Part shown: positions 8,064 to 12,668 of the stretch, in pieces
Position numbering within the stretch: the first letter of the stretch is position 1
Layout of the letters: each line of letters opens with the position of its first letter
Assembly: GCA_031372565.1 (NCBI GenBank)
Contig: JANMLN010000172.1
Span: 1 to 12,668 of the forward strand
Reading direction: 5' to 3'
Length of the DNA: 12,668 bases
DNA from: Gemmatimonadota bacterium
GTDB taxonomy: Bacteria > Gemmatimonadota > Gemmatimonadetes > Gemmatimonadales > Gemmatimonadaceae
The notes under the pieces: generated by a model
Database searches by the model: none
What the model was told of the DNA's origin: nothing
The model's input: the letters and a program-made list of their open reading frames with translations, nothing else
Position numbers and translations under genes: made by a program

Positions 8064-9910
8064 TCACCGAGACGCTCACGCGGCAACTTGCCGCGCTGCG
8101 GGCGCAGGCAGACAGCGCAACGGTGCCGAGTGGCCTCATGGCGTGGTGGGGGGCGCTTCCGTTGCCCACGGGAACGAGCCCCGCGCCCGCGTTGTCGCTG
8201 GGCGCTTGGACTGCGGTCATGAATGCGCTCCGGCAGGCGCAACTCAGGCCGGGACTCGTGACGGCACTGCCCGCGGTCGATGCGATGACCGCGACGATCC
8301 GTTCCGACGGACCACTCCCCGTCGCGATCACGCGCTACACCGTGTCGACCCCGACGGCCGAGTTCGCGGCACAGGTGCAGGCCGCGGCCGCGGTTGGCGG
8401 CGCATTGCCCGATCCCCTGCCTCCGCTCCGCGAGGTGCTCACGACCCTGGACGTGTTCGCCACAGCGGCGCCGATGCACGAGCAGTGGGCACGAGTGACT
8501 CCGACGTTCCGTAGCCGCATGGTAACCTGGAGTTTTGACCAGCGCTTCTACTTCACCTCCCCAGGCACGCCGCTCCCCGACCGCATGGAGTTCGATGCCG
8601 GCGACGGCGCCGGGTTCCGCCCGGTGCAGTGGGGCGACCTGATCGCGACCGCACATCCGACGGGCGACACGATCACCTACACCGTGCGGTGCCACTGGGG
8701 CACGCAGGCGCTTGATGCCCGTGGAACCGTGGCGGTGGGCGGTGCTCCGACACCGCTGCCAGACGACACGTGGACCCTGCGCGTGCCGGGAGGCAACAGT
8801 GGCATCGCGTACGTGTTCCGCGCGAACGGTCATGCAGACGTCGTGCGACCGATCATCATGTCCGAGGGGTTCCCCGGCGGATTTGCCTGCGACTACCTGT
8901 ACGAGCTGTTCAATCAGGGCGGACTGCTCGCATCGCTGCGCGCGGCCGGTCACGACGTGATCCTGCTCGGCTACAGCGCGGGCACGGACCTGATGGAGCA
9001 CAACGCCCACGTGGTCATTGCCGCCTTGAACGAAGTGGCGTCGCGCACACGGCACCCGGTCGCTGTCGGTGGCGTCAGCATGGGGGGCCTGACCACGCGT
9101 TACGCGCTGGCCTGGCTCGAGTCGCGCGGGCTGCCGCACAACGCCCACCTCTACTTCAGCATCGACACGCCCCATCGCGGCTCGACCACGGCCGTGGCGA
9201 TCCAGTGGTTCACGCACTTCTTCCGCGATGCGATCCCCATGGCGGCCGATTTCGCGACGCTCGTGGGCACTCCCGCCAATCGGGAGTTCCTCGTGGCGTT
9301 CCTTGACGGGAGCAGCGTCGGCGTGGACCCGTTGCGCACATCGTTCCTGGCGCAGTTGGCCGCGATGGGCAACTATCCGCGGCGGGTGCGGCGCATCGCC
9401 GTGACGTGCGGGCACGGAACGGGCGGCTCCGCGCTGCCGGCCGGTGCGCCGCTCCTCTCGTGGACGGGCTCCCCGTTCGTGTCGGCCACGTTGCGGGCCA
9501 GCGTGGGTGACACCGTGCCCGCGGTCGTCGCCGAGGGCAACTGCCTGCTGGCATCGGACACGGCCCCTCCCGCGCTCTCGATGAGCAGTGCCGTGAGCTG
9601 GGAAGGGGCGCCGGGCGGGTTGGACGATTACACCCCCACTGCCGCCGCGATCGCCTCGCTGCTCGGATGCGGCACGGTGACCGTGCACGCGCCATCCGCG
9701 TGCGTGGTGCCGACCATCAGCGCGCTCGATATCGATCAGGATCCATTCGCGCCCATCCCGTCCCCGTCGGCGGGGCGCTCGCCGTTCCACGACTTCATCT
9801 GTTCGGAGCACGACACGCCGCACTGCACGCTCACGCCGGACGTCGCCCGGTGGTTGCTCGAGCAACTCGTGGCGCCCCCCTCGCCCGTCTCGTCACACGC
9901 CCTGTCATGA
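8060..9910 (+). CDS. Alpha/beta-hydrolase (lipase/esterase, PGAP1/DUF676-like) with ~240-aa N-terminal extension, 616 aa
   Basis: Probable start is GTG 8060, overlapping the dyp stop (GTGA). Oxyanion strand RPIIMSEGF, nucleophile elbow VGGVSMGG (S340, nt 9077-9079), YFSIDTPHRGS, GAPGG, VVPTISALD, and a C-terminal His candidate EHDTPH (H588). Confidence 0.85.
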   Translation: MITETLTRQLAALRAQADSATVPSGLMAWWGALPLPTGTSPAPALSLGAWTAVMNALRQAQLRPGLVTALPAVDAMTATIRSDGPLPVAITRYTVSTPTAEFAAQVQAAAAVGGALPDPLPPLREVLTTLDVFATAAPMHEQWARVTPTFRSRMVTWSFDQRFYFTSPGTPLPDRMEFDAGDGAGFRPVQWGDLIATAHPTGDTITYTVRCHWGTQALDARGTVAVGGAPTPLPDDTWTLRVPGGNSGIAYVFRANGHADVVRPIIMSEGFPGGFACDYLYELFNQGGLLASLRAAGHDVILLGYSAGTDLMEHNAHVVIAALNEVASRTRHPVAVGGVSMGGLTTRYALAWLESRGLPHNAHLYFSIDTPHRGSTTAVAIQWFTHFFRDAIPMAADFATLVGTPANREFLVAFLDGSSVGVDPLRTSFLAQLAAMGNYPRRVRRIAVTCGHGTGGSALPAGAPLLSWTGSPFVSATLRASVGDTVPAVVAEGNCLLASDTAPPALSMSSAVSWEGAPGGLDDYTPTAAAIASLLGCGTVTVHAPSACVVPTISALDIDQDPFAPIPSPSAGRSPFHDFICSEHDTPHCTLTPDVARWLLEQLVAPPSPVSSHALS

Positions 9911-11109
9911 CTGCGCCCTTCACGCCATCGAGCTTCAATCCGCACGATCCGGCGTTTCTCGCCGATCCGTACCCCACGTATGCGCGGTTCCGCGAGCAGG
10001 CGCCGGTGAGCTGGGTGACGCCGTACAACACCTGGTGGTGTTTCCGCTATGAGGACTGCCAACGCATCCTCACCGGCACCGACTTGTTCGTGAAGAACAA
10101 TCCCGTGCCGTCGACATCGCCACCGCCGCCGATCGCCGGCGTCCTCGCCGCGATGCCGGAGTCGGTGTTCAGTGTGGACAATCCGAGGCACGATCAAGTG
10201 CGCCCGATTCTCGATGGCCTGTTCGCCACGGCGATCGCTGGCGCAGTGCCCGCCGCCACGGCCTTGGCCCAACAGCTGCTCGTTGCCGCCAAGGTGAGTT
10301 CGCAGTTCGAACTCATGAATGCGTACGCGCTTCCACTCCCCGCCGGAGTGCTGCAAGGCGTCCTCGGCGTGGCGGCAGCCGACTTTGCGGGCATCACCAA
10401 CTGGGTGACGGCGATCGTGGCGGCCAATGACATCACGGCCCCGATGTCGGTGCGACTGGGCGGCCTCACGTGCAGCATGGCGCTCAATGCGTACTATCAG
10501 GCGCTCGGTCGCTGTCCGATGCACCAGCCGACGGCGATGTTCGACCTGATGCGTGATCAGGGCATGAAGGCACCCAACGGGCTGTCCCTCGACGAAGTGC
10601 AGACGAACGCCGTGACGCTCTCGATCGCGGGGTATTACTCGACCACCTTCCTGATTGGTACGGGCACGCTCAACCTGCTCAACCATCCGGACCAGCTGGC
10701 GCTCCTGCGCGCCAAGCCCGAGCTGATGCAGCGCGCCGTGACGGAGATGCTCCGCTTCGATGCGCCCGTGCAGCTGATCGACCGGTATGTCACGGCCGAA
10801 ACCGAGATCGGCGGCGTCAAACTGAAGCCGGGCGACGTGGTCACGGCCGTGACGGGATCGGCGAACCACGACTCGAGTGTCTTTCCCGACGGCGACCGCT
10901 TCGACATCACCCGGGACGAGACGACGCATCAGTCGTTTGGCGCCGGCATCCATCGCTGCCTTGGCGCTCCGCTGGCCGAGCGCGTTGCTCCGGTCGCGTT
11001 CCAGGCGCTGCTCGAGCAGTTGCCAGGACTTCGGCTCGCCGGCACACCACAATGGCGTACCGATCCGTTCCTCCGGTCGCCGAGCAACCTGCCGATCACC
11101 TTCGGGTAG
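9907..11109 (+). CDS. Cytochrome P450 with non-canonical I-helix, 400 aa
   Basis: ATG 9907 overlaps the hydrolase stop (ATGA). DPYPTYARFREQAPV, DNPRHDQVR, AYALPLP, I-helix AGYYSTT, K-helix EMLR (E280), SANHD, DRFDITR, and heme motif FGAGIHRCLG (C351). Confidence 0.96.
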   Translation: MTAPFTPSSFNPHDPAFLADPYPTYARFREQAPVSWVTPYNTWWCFRYEDCQRILTGTDLFVKNNPVPSTSPPPPIAGVLAAMPESVFSVDNPRHDQVRPILDGLFATAIAGAVPAATALAQQLLVAAKVSSQFELMNAYALPLPAGVLQGVLGVAAADFAGITNWVTAIVAANDITAPMSVRLGGLTCSMALNAYYQALGRCPMHQPTAMFDLMRDQGMKAPNGLSLDEVQTNAVTLSIAGYYSTTFLIGTGTLNLLNHPDQLALLRAKPELMQRAVTEMLRFDAPVQLIDRYVTAETEIGGVKLKPGDVVTAVTGSANHDSSVFPDGDRFDITRDETTHQSFGAGIHRCLGAPLAERVAPVAFQALLEQLPGLRLAGTPQWRTDPFLRSPSNLPITFG

Positions 11110-11135
11110 GGCGCATTCCCGGGGGTTCCCGCGGG

Positions 11136-11196
11136 GCCGACCGGCTGGCGAGGCGCCGCGGGTCGGCGCAGGTCGCTTGCCCTGCTGGGTGCGACC
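11136..11196. other. Two adjacent GC-rich inverted repeats downstream of the P450 gene
   Basis: GCCGACC (11136-11142)/GGTCGGC (11161-11167) and GGTCGC (11171-11176)/GCGACC (11191-11196). There is no adjacent U-tract. Confidence 0.3.
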
Positions 11197-11275
11197 GCCG
11201 AGCTTTCGCCCCTTCGCACGGTGTGGGGCAACGACGCCCCGTCGCCGCGCGTGCGCTGTCATTTGCCCCCACGGG

Positions 11276-12668
11276 ATGCCCACCGAGTCGCTGCGCGCGG
11301 CCTTTTCGCCCCGGTACGAGTTGGAGCGTCTGGTTGGTTCAGGCGGCTCGGCCAACGTGTACCTCGCGACGGACACCCGTCACGCCCGGAAGGTGGCGGT
11401 CAAGATCCTGCGTGGCGACACCACCAGCGAACTCGGGGCCGAGCGGTTCCTGCGCGAGATCGAGATCGCGGCGGCGCTCCAGCATCCGAACGTGCTGCCC
11501 GTCTTCGACTCCGGGGAACTCGGCGGTCACCTGTTCTACGTGATGCCGTTCGTCGATGGCGCGTCGCTCCGCGACCGGCTCCGCCACGAGGGCCCGATGC
11601 GCTGGGACGACGCCCTGCCGGTGGTCCGCGAAATCGTCGACGCACTCGCGTACGCCCACCGGCGCGGCATTGTCCACCGCGATGTGAAGCCCGACAACAT
11701 CATGTTCGTCGGCGGGCACGCCGTTGTTGCCGACTTCGGCATTGCGCGCGCGATCGAGGATGCGCGCGGCGAGTACCGCACGCCGGATGGCCTGGGTGTC
11801 GGCACGCCGGAATACATGGCGCCAGAACAGGCGACCGGGGACTCGCTCGATGCGCGCTGCGACGTGTACAGCCTGGGCGCGACCGTGTACGAGATGCTGA
11901 CCGGGTCACCGCCCTACTCGGGCGCGACGGCCGTGGCCGTGCTCGTGCGCAAGTCGCAGGAGCCGGTGCCGACCATGCGGCCTCGCGATCATGACGTGCC
12001 ACCGCATGCCGGACACGCGATCGGTCGCGCGCTCGCACGCGCCGTGCACGAGCGCTTCACCTCCGTCGAAGAGTTCCTCGAGGCACTCGTCACGGGCGAC
12101 CTGAGTCCCCGTGCGCAGGCCCCGCGCACGCGGCTGCGCACGATTGCCGTGCTCCCGTTCCAGAATCTCGGCAACGATCCCGACGACGAATACCTGAGCG
12201 ACGGCATCACGGACGAGCTCATCTATTCGCTCTCGAAGATTCCGGATCTCCGGGTCGTCGGGCGTGCGACCAGCTTCCGGTTCAAGGGGAGCACCGACGA
12301 CATCCGGCTCATCGGCGAGCAATTGCGCGTCGGTGGCATCGTCACCGGCGGCGTGCGCCGCTCCGGGGACAGGCTGCGCATTTCCGCCGAACTCGTGGAC
12401 ACGGCGAGCGGGTTCGAACAGTGGACGGAGCGCTACGATCGACAGCTCACCGATGTGTTCCAGCTGCAGGAAGAGCTCGCCAGCGCCATCGCGCAGTCGC
12501 TCGAGACCACGGTGTGGCGCCCCGAGTCGGCGCCCGCGGTCGCGGCGCCCAACGCGCCCGCCTACCAGCGCTTCCTGCGCGGGCGCTGGCTCTGGAATCA
12601 GCGGACCGAGGCCGGCCTGTTCGCGAGCGTCGAGGCGTTTCGGGAGGCCGTCGACCTCGATCCCGCGT
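11276..12668 (+). CDS. Hanks-type Ser/Thr protein kinase with TolB-N/FlgO-like domain and TPR region; partial, runs off the right edge
   Basis: Manual translation from ATG 11276: MPTESLRAAFSPRYELERLVGSGGSANVY...VAVKIL...RFLREIE...HRDVKPDN...DFGIA...GTPEYMAPEQ...DVYSLG...YEMLTG, then TIAVLPFQNL...YLSDGITDELI...LRVVGRATSFRFKG, then AYQRFLRGRWLWNQRT. No stop occurs in the window, so it is not in the ORF track. Confidence 0.95.
   Translation, partial: MPTESLRAAFSPRYELERLVGSGGSANVYLATDTRHARKVAVKILRGDTTSELGAERFLREIEIAAALQHPNVLPVFDSGELGGHLFYVMPFVDGASLRDRLRHEGPMRWDDALPVVREIVDALAYAHRRGIVHRDVKPDNIMFVGGHAVVADFGIARAIEDARGEYRTPDGLGVGTPEYMAPEQATGDSLDARCDVYSLGATVYEMLTGSPPYSGATAVAVLVRKSQEPVPTMRPRDHDVPPHAGHAIGRALARAVHERFTSVEEFLEALVTGDLSPRAQAPRTRLRTIAVLPFQNLGNDPDDEYLSDGITDELIYSLSKIPDLRVVGRATSFRFKGSTDDIRLIGEQLRVGGIVTGGVRRSGDRLRISAELVDTASGFEQWTERYDRQLTDVFQLQEELASAIAQSLETTVWRPESAPAVAAPNAPAYQRFLRGRWLWNQRTEAGLFASVEAFREAVDLDPA

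Noticed and set aside
7790..11376. Long minus-strand ORFs of 691 aa and 546 aa
   Set aside because: They are antisense shadows of the hydrolase and P450 genes, with no recognisable motifs.
11221..11994. 257-aa plus-strand ORF in the track
   Set aside because: It is an off-frame overlap of the kinase gene that starts at 11276.

Overview
High-GC bacterial window. The gene types, especially the Ser/Thr kinase-TolB_N-TPR gene, are reminiscent of Gemmatimonadota, but that is inference only. From left to right: (1) the 5' part of a GH38 alpha-mannosidase-family gene on the minus strand, absent from the ORF track; (2) dedA-family gene then Mn-type superoxide dismutase, followed by a terminator hairpin; (3) a convergent 1334-aa protein with two class III nucleotide cyclase domains, a STAND-type P-loop NTPase and TPR-like repeats (soluble adenylyl cyclase/ADCY10-like architecture); (4) divergently transcribed from it, an overlapping four-gene operon encoding a small 'HFARF' protein, a DyP heme peroxidase, a GxSxG alpha/beta-hydrolase with an extra N-terminal region, and a cytochrome P450 lacking the canonical I-helix acid-Thr pair; (5) the 5' part of a cytoplasmic Hanks-type kinase. 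The most interesting feature is the pairing of the NLR-like cyclase with this heme-enzyme/hydrolase operon, which has no redox partner in the window. Its function cannot be established from sequence alone.
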